Positions 8,304 through 17,900 of a stretch of DNA of 32,000 nt are shown here, one piece after another (position 1 is the stretch's first letter; every line of letters begins with the position of its first letter). The notes below the pieces were generated by a model. The model saw nothing but the letters and a program-made list of their open reading frames with translations. It did no database searches and was not told the DNA's origin. Origin of the DNA: Candidatus Omnitrophota bacterium (GTDB lineage Bacteria; Omnitrophota; Gorgyraeia; Duberdicusellales; 4484-171); the NCBI GenBank assembly GCA_021735045.1, contig JAIPHU010000008.1:16216-48215 (forward strand), written 5' to 3'. Made by a program: the position numbers and the translations under genes.

Positions 8304-9269
8304 TTAAAGTTTGCTATTGTAAAAATTTTCATAGGCTTGAATTATCTCTTGGATCAAAGGATGCCTTACCACATCTTTACCTTTTAGCTCAACAAATTCT
8401 ATTCCTTCAATTTTTTTTAATATATTTTTAGCTTCAAGCAAACCTGTAGGTTTGCCACCCGGTAAATCACTTTGGGTGATATCTCCGGTAATTACTGTTT
8501 TAGAATCAAATCCCAACCGAGTTAAAAACATCCGTAGCTGTTCTGATGTACAATTCTGAGCTTCATCTAAAATAACAAAGGCATTATTAAGACTTCTGCC
8601 TCTCATATAAGCTAAGGGAGCTATCTCTATTATTCCAGCCTCAAGGTATTCTTCGATAACCTCAACATCCATCATATCATATAAAGCATCATATAAAGGA
8701 CGCAAATAAGGATTAAGCTTCTCCTGCATGCTTCCTGGTAAATACCCTAGGGATTCTCCAGCTTCAATAGCAGGGCGAGTAAGGATAATCCTGCGCACTT
8801 TTTTATCAAGAAGATAGTTTACAGCCATAGCCATAGCTAAATAAGTCTTACCAGTACCAGCCGGGCCAGTGGTAATAACAATATCGCTCTGGTTTATTGA
8901 GTCAATATAGGTAGCTTGGCCCTTTGTTTTAGGAAAAACTTGCTGTTTAGTTCCAGAAAATACTTTTATGCCGCCTTCAGTTATTTTTTTATTTTTTTGT
9001 TTAGAAAAATTAGAGTTTTCATCAAAATGAAGAAGCTTAATCAGCTCTTTTTGGGAAAGGACAAAACCTTTCTGGGCTAACTTAATAATCTTATTTATCT
9101 GGCCTAAAGCCTTTTTCATCTTAGGCTTTTTTCCTTCGACAGATAAGCCTTGAGAAGTCAAATAAACAGAAACACCTAACTCCTTTTCGAGTAGTTTTAA
9201 ATTATTATCTCTGGGGCCAAAAATAAATTTAAGTTGGGAAGAATCTTCTATAGGAATTATTTTACGCAT
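8304..9269 (-). CDS. phoH: PhoH-family ATPase (YbeZ-like)
   Basis: 321 aa. Walker A GPAGTGKT, Walker B ILDEAQN, and a C-terminal VVRHPLV-like segment (VVRHPLIQEII). Confidence 0.9.
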   Translation of the reverse strand: MRKIIPIEDSSQLKFIFGPRDNNLKLLEKELGVSVYLTSQGLSVEGKKPKMKKALGQINKIIKLAQKGFVLSQKELIKLLHFDENSNFSKQKNKKITEGGIKVFSGTKQQVFPKTKGQATYIDSINQSDIVITTGPAGTGKTYLAMAMAVNYLLDKKVRRIILTRPAIEAGESLGYLPGSMQEKLNPYLRPLYDALYDMMDVEVIEEYLEAGIIEIAPLAYMRGRSLNNAFVILDEAQNCTSEQLRMFLTRLGFDSKTVITGDITQSDLPGGKPTGLLEAKNILKKIEGIEFVELKGKDVVRHPLIQEIIQAYENFYNSKL

Positions 9270-9279
9270 ACAAAAGATC

Positions 9280-9798
9280 TTATTTTAAAATAGGTACTTT
9301 AATAGTTGTCCCTGGATATATTTTATCGGGACTTTTTAAAGTATCTTTGTTTTCTTGATAAATAAGCTCCCATTTTTTTGTTGTACCGTAAAATTTACGT
9401 GATATTTTTTGTAAAGTATCATTTTCTTTAATAGTATAGTCTTGATAATCATATTCAGAAGATGCCATATCATATTCTTTAGTTTTTATTTGAGGGGCCA
9501 TAATTTCTTCTTCCTGATAAGTTTCCTCTTGATAAACCTCCTGCTGAAAAGATTCTTTTGTTCTTTTTGTATCGGTAACTGTTTCTTTTGATTTAGGCCC
9601 AAATTCAAACTCTAAAACTGAAACCTTTCGGGTTGTACCTAACTGACTTTCTTTTTTGGCCTCTCCTGCCTCTCCAACCAAATAACCTTGGTTGCCTTCT
9701 ATATCTGTATCTTTACGCGGTTTTTCAACCGTATAAGTTCTAACCCTCATACATCCAGCTAAAAATATAATCAATAATAAAACTAATATTTTTTTCAT
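9280..9798 (-). CDS. LysM-domain lipoprotein
   Basis: 172 aa. Lipobox FLAGC and a C-terminal LysM domain (YTIKENDTLQKISRKFYGTTKKWELIYQENKD...IYPGTTIKVP). GGAGG sits 7 nt upstream of the ATG. Confidence 0.75.
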   Translation of the reverse strand: MKKILVLLLIIFLAGCMRVRTYTVEKPRKDTDIEGNQGYLVGEAGEAKKESQLGTTRKVSVLEFEFGPKSKETVTDTKRTKESFQQEVYQEETYQEEEIMAPQIKTKEYDMASSEYDYQDYTIKENDTLQKISRKFYGTTKKWELIYQENKDTLKSPDKIYPGTTIKVPILK

Positions 9799-9828
9799 CT
9801 ACCAACCTCCTTTTAAAACCTATTTTCT

Positions 9829-11223
9829 TTAACTCTCTTGTTCTTTTGTTTTTATATTTAGTTCATCAAGCTGGTCTCTTGATACAACCGCAGGCGCTCC
9901 AGTTAAAGGAGAAATACCTCTTTGCGTTTTGGGAAAAGCAATTATATCTCTTATACTATCAGATTTGGTTATTATAGCATATAATCTATCTAAGCCAAAG
10001 GCAATACCAGCATGAGGCGGAACCCCAAATTTAAAAGATCTTAATAAAAATCCAAACTTTTCTTTGGCTTCTTCTCCAGATATTCCTAAAATTTCAAAAA
10101 CTTTTTCTTGGATATCTGTCGAATGTATTCTCACTGACCCACTTCCAATCTCTTGCCCATTTAAAACAAGATCATAAGAACGCGATCTTACTCTGGATAA
10201 ATCCTTATTTTTTAATTTATCAATATCTTCCTTGTTTGGAGCCGTAAAAGGATGATGCAAGGATTGCCAACGCTTATCTTCTTGATTATATTCAAAAAGA
10301 GGGAAATCAGTTACCCATAAAAATCGATATTCAGAAGATGTAGCTCCTTCTTTTATATCTGGCTTATCAGAGTTATATTTTTCCATTGATTCCTGATAAG
10401 AAATTTTGGGGAAAGGCACCTTAAGCTTTATACCTAAAACATCTAAAAATATATCTGCCAACATTTTTTCGGTTAATTCTAAAATATCGTCCTCTTCTAA
10501 AAAAGATGCTTCTATATCAAGCTGGGTAAACTCAGGCTGCCGATCTTTGCGTAAATCTTCATCACGAAAACAACGTACTATCTGATAGTATTTATCTAGG
10601 CCTGAAACCATAAGAATTTGTTTAAAAAGCTGAGGCGACTGAGGAAGGGCATAAAACTTTGCCGGTTGAAGGCGAGACGGTACCAAAAAATCCCGAGCCC
10701 CTTCTGGGGTAGATTTAGTTAATATCGGCGTCTCAACTTCTAAAAAATCTTTTTTATTAAGAAAATCTCTTAATCCTTGATTAAGTTTATGACGAAGGAT
10801 AAATTTTTTTGTTATTTCAGGTTTTCTTAAATAAAGATATCTATGCTGTAACTTTAACTCTTCACTCACTTCTTTATCTTGATCTAACTCAAAAGGTAGC
10901 TCGTCAGACTGACTTAAAAAAGTTAATCTCTCTACACAAATTTCAATAAGTCCGGTAGAAATATTGGGATTTTCTGTTTTAGAGGGCCTTTTGTTGACAA
11001 CTCCTTCTATCTTTACCACATCTTCTGATCTTATCTTTTTTGCTTTTTTATTAAGTTCTTCTGGTTTAGGTAAAAATATTAGCTGAGTTATTCCGTATCG
11101 GTCTCTTAGGTCAACAAATATAATTTTTCCGTGATCTCGACGCGAAGAAACCCAACCAACCAAGGTTACTTTTTCTTCTAAATTATTTTCATTTAACTGG
11201 CCACAAGTATGAGTTCTAAGCAT
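9829..11223 (-). CDS. aspS: Aspartate--tRNA ligase, bacterial type but without the insertion (GAD) domain
   Basis: 464 aa. N-terminal OB fold (LVGWVSSRRDHGKIIFVDLRD) and class II motifs FRDEDLRKDRQPEFTQLD and GIAFGLDRL. SDKPDIK is followed after ~12 aa by FLWVTDFPLFE. Confidence 0.9.
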   Translation of the reverse strand: MLRTHTCGQLNENNLEEKVTLVGWVSSRRDHGKIIFVDLRDRYGITQLIFLPKPEELNKKAKKIRSEDVVKIEGVVNKRPSKTENPNISTGLIEICVERLTFLSQSDELPFELDQDKEVSEELKLQHRYLYLRKPEITKKFILRHKLNQGLRDFLNKKDFLEVETPILTKSTPEGARDFLVPSRLQPAKFYALPQSPQLFKQILMVSGLDKYYQIVRCFRDEDLRKDRQPEFTQLDIEASFLEEDDILELTEKMLADIFLDVLGIKLKVPFPKISYQESMEKYNSDKPDIKEGATSSEYRFLWVTDFPLFEYNQEDKRWQSLHHPFTAPNKEDIDKLKNKDLSRVRSRSYDLVLNGQEIGSGSVRIHSTDIQEKVFEILGISGEEAKEKFGFLLRSFKFGVPPHAGIAFGLDRLYAIITKSDSIRDIIAFPKTQRGISPLTGAPAVVSRDQLDELNIKTKEQES

Positions 11224-12472
11224 AATTTTTTAGCTTCTCCTTTATTTTAGTTGTTAATTGATTTAATTTTACTTCTTCTTGTTTTGATTTTTTCATATCT
11301 TTTAAGATTACTTTATCCTTCCTTAACTCTTCTTCGCCCAAAATAACCACAAAATCTGCGCCTATTTTTTGTCCATAACGTAGTTGGGCCTTCAATGATT
11401 TCTTTCGGAAATCACAAGTAGAAACTATATTACTATTTCTCAACTTAGTTAACACTGAAAATAGTTCATTTTCCAACTCATTGCCGGCTCGGGCAATAAA
11501 AACTAAAGGAAAAGACTTTACTTTTGTTTGGCCTAAAGCCAGCATAATTCTTTCAACTCCTAAGGCAAAGCCTACAGCTGGCATCTCTATATTCCCTAAC
11601 TGATTAAATAAATCATTATAACGGCCTCCTGCACCTAAAGCATCTTGAGAGCCTAACTGGTTTGAGGTAATCTCAAAAACAGTATTAGTGTAGTAATCAA
11701 GGCCTCTTACCAGGTAAGGATTATACCTATAATCAATTTTTAGATCATCTAATACAGCAAGTAAATTATCAAAATGATTTCGGCAATCAGAGCAAAGATG
11801 GCCTTTTTCTAGTTCTAAAGAGTTCACGATCTTTCTACAACTATCTCTTTTACAATCAATAACTCTTAAAGGATTCTTCTTAATTCTTCTTTGGCAATTT
11901 GGGCATAGTTGATTTTTTTGTTTTTTAAGTTTTTCTTTTATGTATTTTGAAAGTTTTTCTTTATCTTTTCTGCACCCTAGGCTATTTACTTGTAATTTTT
12001 TCTCTTTTAAACCTATTTTATCAACTATGGCAAGAGCAAGCATTATAATCTCTGCATCCAGATAAAAACTATTAGAACCTATAACTTCTGCACCAACATG
12101 ATTAAATTGACGCAGGCGCCCTTTTTGAGGCCTTTCTCCTCTAAACATCGGCCCAATATAAAAAAACTTATAAAAACTATTTTTTTTATCTAATCGATTT
12201 TGTAAGTAGTATCTTACTACTTGAGCCGTACCTTCCGGCCGCAAGACTATATCTTTTCCTTCAATTTTCATCATCTGACTCTGGACAATATCAGTAGTTT
12301 GACCTACACTTTTTATAAATAAACTCTTTTCCTCTAGGAAAGGAAGAATCAACTGTTTATAGCCGTAGAGATTAAAAAGCTTAATTGATTCATTGCGCAA
12401 AGATTCATAAATGAAGTTTTGTTGAGGAGAAAAATCTATTGTACCTCTTACATTAGAATACTTTTTCTTCAT
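11216..12472 (-). CDS. hisS: Histidine--tRNA ligase
   Basis: 418 aa. Contains LRPEGT, YYIGPMFRGERPQKGRLRQFNHVGAE and GGRYD-like GGRYN. GGAGAAAGG lies just upstream of the ATG. Overlaps aspS by 8 nt. Confidence 0.9.
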   Translation of the reverse strand: MKKKYSNVRGTIDFSPQQNFIYESLRNESIKLFNLYGYKQLILPFLEEKSLFIKSVGQTTDIVQSQMMKIEGKDIVLRPEGTAQVVRYYLQNRLDKKNSFYKFFYIGPMFRGERPQKGRLRQFNHVGAEVIGSNSFYLDAEIIMLALAIVDKIGLKEKKLQVNSLGCRKDKEKLSKYIKEKLKKQKNQLCPNCQRRIKKNPLRVIDCKRDSCRKIVNSLELEKGHLCSDCRNHFDNLLAVLDDLKIDYRYNPYLVRGLDYYTNTVFEITSNQLGSQDALGAGGRYNDLFNQLGNIEMPAVGFALGVERIMLALGQTKVKSFPLVFIARAGNELENELFSVLTKLRNSNIVSTCDFRKKSLKAQLRYGQKIGADFVVILGEEELRKDKVILKDMKKSKQEEVKLNQLTTKIKEKLKNYA

Positions 12473-12540
12473 CCTTTCTCCGTATTTTTTTTAAAATGAA
12501 ATCTAGTGGCGGGAATTTTCATGGCCTGTATAGATAAAAT

Positions 12541-12813
12541 CTAGTGAATATACTTTTTCATATCTAAGCCAGGCTTAAAGGTAACTACTCTCCTTTCCGG
12601 TACAGGAACGACTTCACCAGTCTTAGGATTTCTTCCAATTCGGCGTTTTCTTCGTTTAATTTGAAAAACACCAAAATTTCTAAGCTCAATCCTTTTGCCT
12701 TCTTTTAAGGTCTCAAGGATTGTATCGAGGGTACGCTGGACTATTTCTTTGACCACAACTTGTTTTATACCAGTATCTTGGCTTATTTTTAAGACAATAT
12801 CTCTTTTTCTCAT
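12541..12813 (-). CDS. HU/IHF-family nucleoid-associated DNA-binding protein
   Basis: 90 aa. Has the beta-arm motif RNPKTGEVVPVPERRVVTFKPG. Confidence 0.85.
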   Translation of the reverse strand: MRKRDIVLKISQDTGIKQVVVKEIVQRTLDTILETLKEGKRIELRNFGVFQIKRRKRRIGRNPKTGEVVPVPERRVVTFKPGLDMKKYIH

Positions 12814-12836
12814 GTGTTTAGTTTATCAGTTCAATT

Positions 12837-15800
12837 TTAGAGTGTCAAGGATAAGTTTGCCTCCCCAACCAGAGAACTTATTTTTCCCAAAGCACTGGGC
12901 TCTAAAGAAATACAAAACTTATCTCCTACTTTTACCTTAGTATTTCCCATTCTATCGTCTTGGAATGAAAAGAAAACTGGTTTATCTCCCTGATTGTTGA
13001 CCACGATATTTTTTAGCTTCCCCAAAGGAATATTCTTTCTATCCACCTTTATATTTACCTCTTTAATCTTTTGTTGCAGCTGTTCTATAGGAAATATATC
13101 CGATGCTAAAATTTTTGGAGCCCTATCTTTAATATCTAGTTTCCCTCTTAAAATAATAATCTTTTTCTTAGCAAGAAAAGCCTGAGTTTGGGCAAAAAGA
13201 CGAGGAAAAACAAAAGCCTCGACACTAGCGGTTTCATCTTCGACCCTAATTATAGCCATACGTTCATTTCTTCTTCTGGTTGTAACAACCTTTACTTTTT
13301 CCACAACTCCACATACCATCACTTCTCGGGTACGCAGATTTTCAGTTAATGATTTAATCGTTTCCCTTTTTAAAAACTTTATTGTCTCAGAATAACAATA
13401 AAGAGGATGGCCTGATAAATAAACCCCTAGAAGAGTTTTTTCAAAGCTAAGGATTTGCATCAACGGCCACTCCGATACTTCGGGTATTTTTTCTTGTTCC
13501 TCCTCTTCTGAAAATAAAGTAAGCTGGGATGCATTTTTCTTTTTTCTAGCTTGTCTAGCTAAAAGTTTATCAAGTAAAAGCATCATCTGAGCTCTTTTTA
13601 GGCCCAGTGAATCCATAGCCCCTGATTTAATTAAACTTTCTATAACTTTTTTATTTACAGCTCTAGAATCAACGCGATCACAAAAATCAAAAATATCTTT
13701 AAATTTTCTTTCTTTCCTTTGCAGAATAATACTCTCTAAAGCAGCTCTGCCTACATTTTTTATAGCAATTAACCCAAAACGAATATTGTTATCATCGGTT
13801 ACAGTAAAGTTAGCATAGCTTGTATTAATATCAGGAGGCAAAACCTTTATTTTCATCCTACTTGCCTCATTGATATATTCAACTACTTTATCTGTATTAT
13901 TCCTTTCACTAGTTAAAAGAGCTGCCATAAATTCAACCCCAAAATGAGTTTTTAGGTAAGCGGTTCGATAAGATATTAAAGCATAAGCGGTGGAATGGCT
14001 CTTATTAAAACCATAGCCGGAAAAATAATCGATTAAATCAAATATCTGATTTGCAGCTTTAGGCGAAACATTATTTTTTTTGCACCCTTCTAGAAACAGT
14101 TGCTTCTGCTGCTGAATTATTTCTGGTATTTTTTTACCGATAGCCTTTCTTAAAGTATCAGCTCGAGCCATATCAAAACCAGCTAATTCTGAGACTATTT
14201 GCATAATTTGTTCTTGATAGACAATGATCCCATACGTTTTTTTCAAAATTGATTCTAATTTTGGATGGGGGTAATGAACTTTTTTCTTGCCTTGTTTTCG
14301 TTCAATAAAATCATCAACCATCCCACTACCTAAAGGGCCAGGGCGATAAAGAGCTAATACTGCCACAATATCTTCAAAATTTGTGGGTTTCATCTTCTCT
14401 AGAATCTCTCTCATTCCATTTGATTCAAGCTGAAAAACCCCCGCAGTTTCAGCTCTACTAAGGAGTAAAAAAGTTTTTTGATCAGAAACAGGTATTTTTG
14501 TTATATCAATATCTTTTCCTTGAGTACGCTTTATAATCTTGGTAGTTTCATTTATTACAGTTAAAGTCTTTAAGCCTAAGAAATCCATCTTAAGCATTCC
14601 TGTTTTTTCCAAAGAATCCATATCATAACCAGTCACAACTTCGCCTTCAGAACCTCGGCTTAAAGGAATTCTTTCTAAAAGCGGCTTATCTGAAATTACT
14701 ACCCCAGCAGCATGGGTAGAAGCATGCCGCGATACACCTTCAAGCTGCATGGCAACATCAATTAATTTTTTTATTCTGTTATCTGTTTTATAAATTTTTT
14801 CAAGATCAGGATTTAAGGAAAGAGCTTCTTTTAAAGTTACCGTATGGCCTACAGCCGCCGGTATCATCTTAGCAATTTTATCAACTTCTGAATAAGTAAA
14901 ATCCATCACTCTGCCTACATCACGAATAACTGCTCTGGCCAGCATAGTCCCAAAAGTAATGATTTGAGCAACATTTTCTTTGCCATAGCGCCGGCTAACA
15001 TAATCTAAAATTTCTGATCTTTTTTCATAACAAAAATCTATATCAATATCAGGCATCGAAATCCTAGCTGGATTAAGAAATCTTTCAAATAAAAGATCAT
15101 AAGCTAAGGGGTCTATATCTGTTATATCCAATAGGTAACTAACAATACTTCCAGCCGCACTGCCTCTACCTGGGCCGACCGGAATATCATTTTCTTTGGC
15201 AAATTTTATTAGATCCCAGATAATCAAAAAATAACTGGAAAAACCAGTTTGATTGATTATATTTAATTCATGCTCTAATCTTTTTTTTGCATTTAAATCT
15301 TGATTTGAATATTTACTTTCAAAGTTTTGATAACAAAGATCTTTTAGAAAGTCTTTGTCGTTTTGGCCATTCGGTAAAGGAAAGTGGGGAAGATGAACTT
15401 TAGAAAAATCTAAAGTAAGATTACACTTCTGCATAACTTCTACTGTATTTTGAACCGCCTCAGGAGTTTGAGAAAATAGTTCTTTCATCTCTTCGGGGCT
15501 TTTAAAATAAAAATCTTCTGACCCAAAACGAAACCTATTTGGATCCGAAAGAGTAGTTTGAGTTTGAAGAGCCAATAAAGCCTGATGGGCAAAGGCTTGA
15601 TCTTTATCAAGATAATGAATATCATTTGTAGCCAACAAGGGTATCCCCAACTCTTTAGAGATTTTAATTAAATGAGAATTCACTTGGTCTTGTTCTGCTA
15701 TCCCATTTTTCATTATCTCTAAGTAGAAGTTACCCTCTTTGAAAATATGCAAATATTCATCTGCTGCTTTGTAGGCCCCTGGGATGTCTCCAGATAAAAT

Positions 15801-16247
15801 CAAAGAAGGTATTTCACCCTTTAAACAAGCACTAGATGCAATTAAACCCTGATTATATTTTCTAAGAAGTTCCTTGTCTATCCTTGGTTTATAGTAAAAA
15901 CCCTCCAGATGAGCCAAGCTTACAAGACGATTTAAATTTTTGTATCCGGTAATATTTTTAGCCAAAAGAATAAGATGATAATTTTTGCTTTTATTTGTTT
16001 TACTACCTTTGTCAAACCGTGAATTAGAAGCTAAATAAAACTCGCAACCTAAAATGGGTTTTATCCCTTTTTTTATACAAAGGTTATAAAATTTTATAGC
16101 CCCAAACATATTACCGTGATCGGTTATCGCTAAGGCGGGAAGCTTTAGGCGAACAGCCTTATCAACTAGTTTTTCTAAAAGACAGGCTCCATCTAATAGA
16201 CTGTATTGAGTATGAACGTGAAGATGGACAAAATTAGCATGTTCCAT
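12837..16247 (-). CDS. dnaE: DNA polymerase III alpha subunit
   Basis: 1136 aa. PHP domain FVHLHVHTQYSLLDG, the palm/fingers region (PDIDIDF, GLLKMDFLGL) and a C-terminal OB region. Confidence 0.95.
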   Translation of the reverse strand: MEHANFVHLHVHTQYSLLDGACLLEKLVDKAVRLKLPALAITDHGNMFGAIKFYNLCIKKGIKPILGCEFYLASNSRFDKGSKTNKSKNYHLILLAKNITGYKNLNRLVSLAHLEGFYYKPRIDKELLRKYNQGLIASSACLKGEIPSLILSGDIPGAYKAADEYLHIFKEGNFYLEIMKNGIAEQDQVNSHLIKISKELGIPLLATNDIHYLDKDQAFAHQALLALQTQTTLSDPNRFRFGSEDFYFKSPEEMKELFSQTPEAVQNTVEVMQKCNLTLDFSKVHLPHFPLPNGQNDKDFLKDLCYQNFESKYSNQDLNAKKRLEHELNIINQTGFSSYFLIIWDLIKFAKENDIPVGPGRGSAAGSIVSYLLDITDIDPLAYDLLFERFLNPARISMPDIDIDFCYEKRSEILDYVSRRYGKENVAQIITFGTMLARAVIRDVGRVMDFTYSEVDKIAKMIPAAVGHTVTLKEALSLNPDLEKIYKTDNRIKKLIDVAMQLEGVSRHASTHAAGVVISDKPLLERIPLSRGSEGEVVTGYDMDSLEKTGMLKMDFLGLKTLTVINETTKIIKRTQGKDIDITKIPVSDQKTFLLLSRAETAGVFQLESNGMREILEKMKPTNFEDIVAVLALYRPGPLGSGMVDDFIERKQGKKKVHYPHPKLESILKKTYGIIVYQEQIMQIVSELAGFDMARADTLRKAIGKKIPEIIQQQKQLFLEGCKKNNVSPKAANQIFDLIDYFSGYGFNKSHSTAYALISYRTAYLKTHFGVEFMAALLTSERNNTDKVVEYINEASRMKIKVLPPDINTSYANFTVTDDNNIRFGLIAIKNVGRAALESIILQRKERKFKDIFDFCDRVDSRAVNKKVIESLIKSGAMDSLGLKRAQMMLLLDKLLARQARKKKNASQLTLFSEEEEQEKIPEVSEWPLMQILSFEKTLLGVYLSGHPLYCYSETIKFLKRETIKSLTENLRTREVMVCGVVEKVKVVTTRRRNERMAIIRVEDETASVEAFVFPRLFAQTQAFLAKKKIIILRGKLDIKDRAPKILASDIFPIEQLQQKIKEVNIKVDRKNIPLGKLKNIVVNNQGDKPVFFSFQDDRMGNTKVKVGDKFCISLEPSALGKISSLVGEANLSLTL

Positions 16248-16251
16248 AATT

Positions 16252-16355
16252 TGGTTAATTAGTTAATTATCATCATCGAATTTACAAATCAGTTACGAAT
16301 ATACGAATGAAATTTTCATGATTCGTAAATTAGTATAGATTCGTACATTCGTTGA
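16252..16355. repeat. Composite intergenic repeat: two TRGTTAAT octamers plus an ~85-nt imperfect palindrome of CGAAT/ATTCG motifs
   Basis: Octamers at 16252..16267. CGAAT at 16277, 16296 and 16304 faces ATTCG at 16321, 16339 and 16347. Shares several 9-12-mers with 23392..23530. Confidence 0.85.
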
Positions 16356-17897
16356 TCATTCCCATTCGATTGTAGCAGGAGGTTTTGAACTTATATCAAA
16401 AACTACGCGGTTTATTCCGCGAACTTTATTTATAATTGCATTAGAAATTTCTGCCAATACATCCTGAGGGAGTTTAGCCCAATCAGCGGTCATACCATCA
16501 AGGCTGGTAACAGCTCTTATTGCTACGGCATTTTCATAGGTTCTCTTATCCCCCATAACTCCAACTGACCTAATCGGCAATAAAACAGCAAAGACTTGCC
16601 AATACTGATCATAAAGGCCTCGTTGTCTTATAATTTTTTCTAAAATATAATCAGCTTCTCTTAGAACTTTAAGCCTTTGATTATTAACTTCTCCTAAAAT
16701 TCGTACCGCCAAGCCTGGCCCTGGAAAAGGATGCCTTTTTACTAAACTATCAGGTAAACCCAAAATTTGAGCAATCTTTCTTACTTCATCTTTAAAAAGG
16801 TCACGAAAGGGCTCGATAAGTTTTAAGTTCATCTTATCAGGTAGCCCTCCCACGTTATGATGCGACTTTATACACGCAGTAGGCCCGCCAAAAAAAGAAA
16901 CTGATTCAATTACATCTGGATATAAAGTTCCTTGCATTAAAAACTTAGCATTTTTAAACTTTTTAGCTTCATCTTCAAAAATATCTATAAATTCATGTCC
17001 GATGATTTTACGTTTTTTTTCTGGATCTATAACTCCTTTTAATTTTTTTACAAATCTTTTTGCAGCATTAACGTAATGTAAATTTAACTTATAATTGTCA
17101 CCAAAAACCTTTAGTACTCTTTTTACTTCGCCTTTTTTAAGCAATCCATTATTTACAAATATACATTTAAGTTTCTTCCCAATTGCTTTATGAAGTAAAA
17201 CTGCTCCTGTTGATGAATCAACTCCTCCACTTAGGCCGCAAATCACATTTCCCCCAGCAGTGGTTTTCTTGATTGATTTAATTTGTTCTGAAACAAAATC
17301 TTCTAATTGCCAATTTGGGAAACAATCAGATATTCTAAATAAAAAATTTGAAAGTATCTGTATCCCTAGTTCAGTATGGATAACTTCCGGATGAAACTGT
17401 ACACCATAAAGTTTTTTCTTAGGATTCCCCACTGAAGCAAATTTAGTATTTAAAGTGTGTGAAAGCTGCCTGAATCCAGAAGGAAGTTTTACTATTTGGT
17501 CGGTATGGCTCATCCAACTAGAAATTGCCGCAGGTAATGAGAAGAAAAGATCATCATGGTTGTCTATATACATTTTAGCATGGCCATATTCTCTTTTTCT
17601 ACCTTCTTTAACGATGCCTTTTTTGGCTTGGATTAAAATTTGCATTCCATAACAAATACCTAAAATAGGAACCTTAAATGTTAAGAAATGTTTTTTTAAG
17701 GAAGGTGCTCCTTTTTGATAAACGCTGTGAGGGCCACCGGATAAAATTATTGCTTTTGGTTTAATTTTGGCAACTTCAGCTTTAGTTATAGTATATGGTT
17801 TTACTATACTAAAAACCTTCAGTTCACGCACTCTTCTGGCTATTAGCTGAGTATATTGCGAACCAAAATCAATGATTAATACTGTATCTTTTCTCAT
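16356..17897 (-). CDS. guaA: GMP synthase (glutamine-hydrolysing)
   Basis: 513 aa. GATase ICYGMQ, PP-loop SGGVDSS and the C-terminal ATIEWE. Confidence 0.95.
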   Translation of the reverse strand: MRKDTVLIIDFGSQYTQLIARRVRELKVFSIVKPYTITKAEVAKIKPKAIILSGGPHSVYQKGAPSLKKHFLTFKVPILGICYGMQILIQAKKGIVKEGRKREYGHAKMYIDNHDDLFFSLPAAISSWMSHTDQIVKLPSGFRQLSHTLNTKFASVGNPKKKLYGVQFHPEVIHTELGIQILSNFLFRISDCFPNWQLEDFVSEQIKSIKKTTAGGNVICGLSGGVDSSTGAVLLHKAIGKKLKCIFVNNGLLKKGEVKRVLKVFGDNYKLNLHYVNAAKRFVKKLKGVIDPEKKRKIIGHEFIDIFEDEAKKFKNAKFLMQGTLYPDVIESVSFFGGPTACIKSHHNVGGLPDKMNLKLIEPFRDLFKDEVRKIAQILGLPDSLVKRHPFPGPGLAVRILGEVNNQRLKVLREADYILEKIIRQRGLYDQYWQVFAVLLPIRSVGVMGDKRTYENAVAIRAVTSLDGMTADWAKLPQDVLAEISNAIINKVRGINRVVFDISSKPPATIEWE

Positions 17898-17900
17898 AAT

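Noticed and set aside
11640-11950. Cys-rich segment in HisRS (CPNC...C..DSC...CSDC) as a possible inserted zinc-finger module
   Set aside because: To my recollection, a C-x-x-C ... NPLR.LDCK ... C-x-x-C pattern in the HisRS insertion region is widespread in bacteria. The protein length of 418 aa is normal, so I do not treat this as an insertion.
12473-12540. HU-hisS spacer as a T-box leader or terminator
   Set aside because: At 68 nt it is far too short for a T-box. It holds only a weak 6-bp AT-rich hairpin (ATGAAA...TTTCAT), so it is most likely just a ribosome-binding region (GGAGAAAGG).
12695-13185. Plus-strand ORFs 12695..12940 and 12994..13185
   Set aside because: These are antisense to the HU gene and the dnaE 3' end. 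The first spans the 23-nt HU-dnaE spacer only by chance, and neither has motifs or start signals.
17455-17652. Plus-strand ORF of 65 aa inside guaA
   Set aside because: Antisense shadow ORF within a highly conserved gene.
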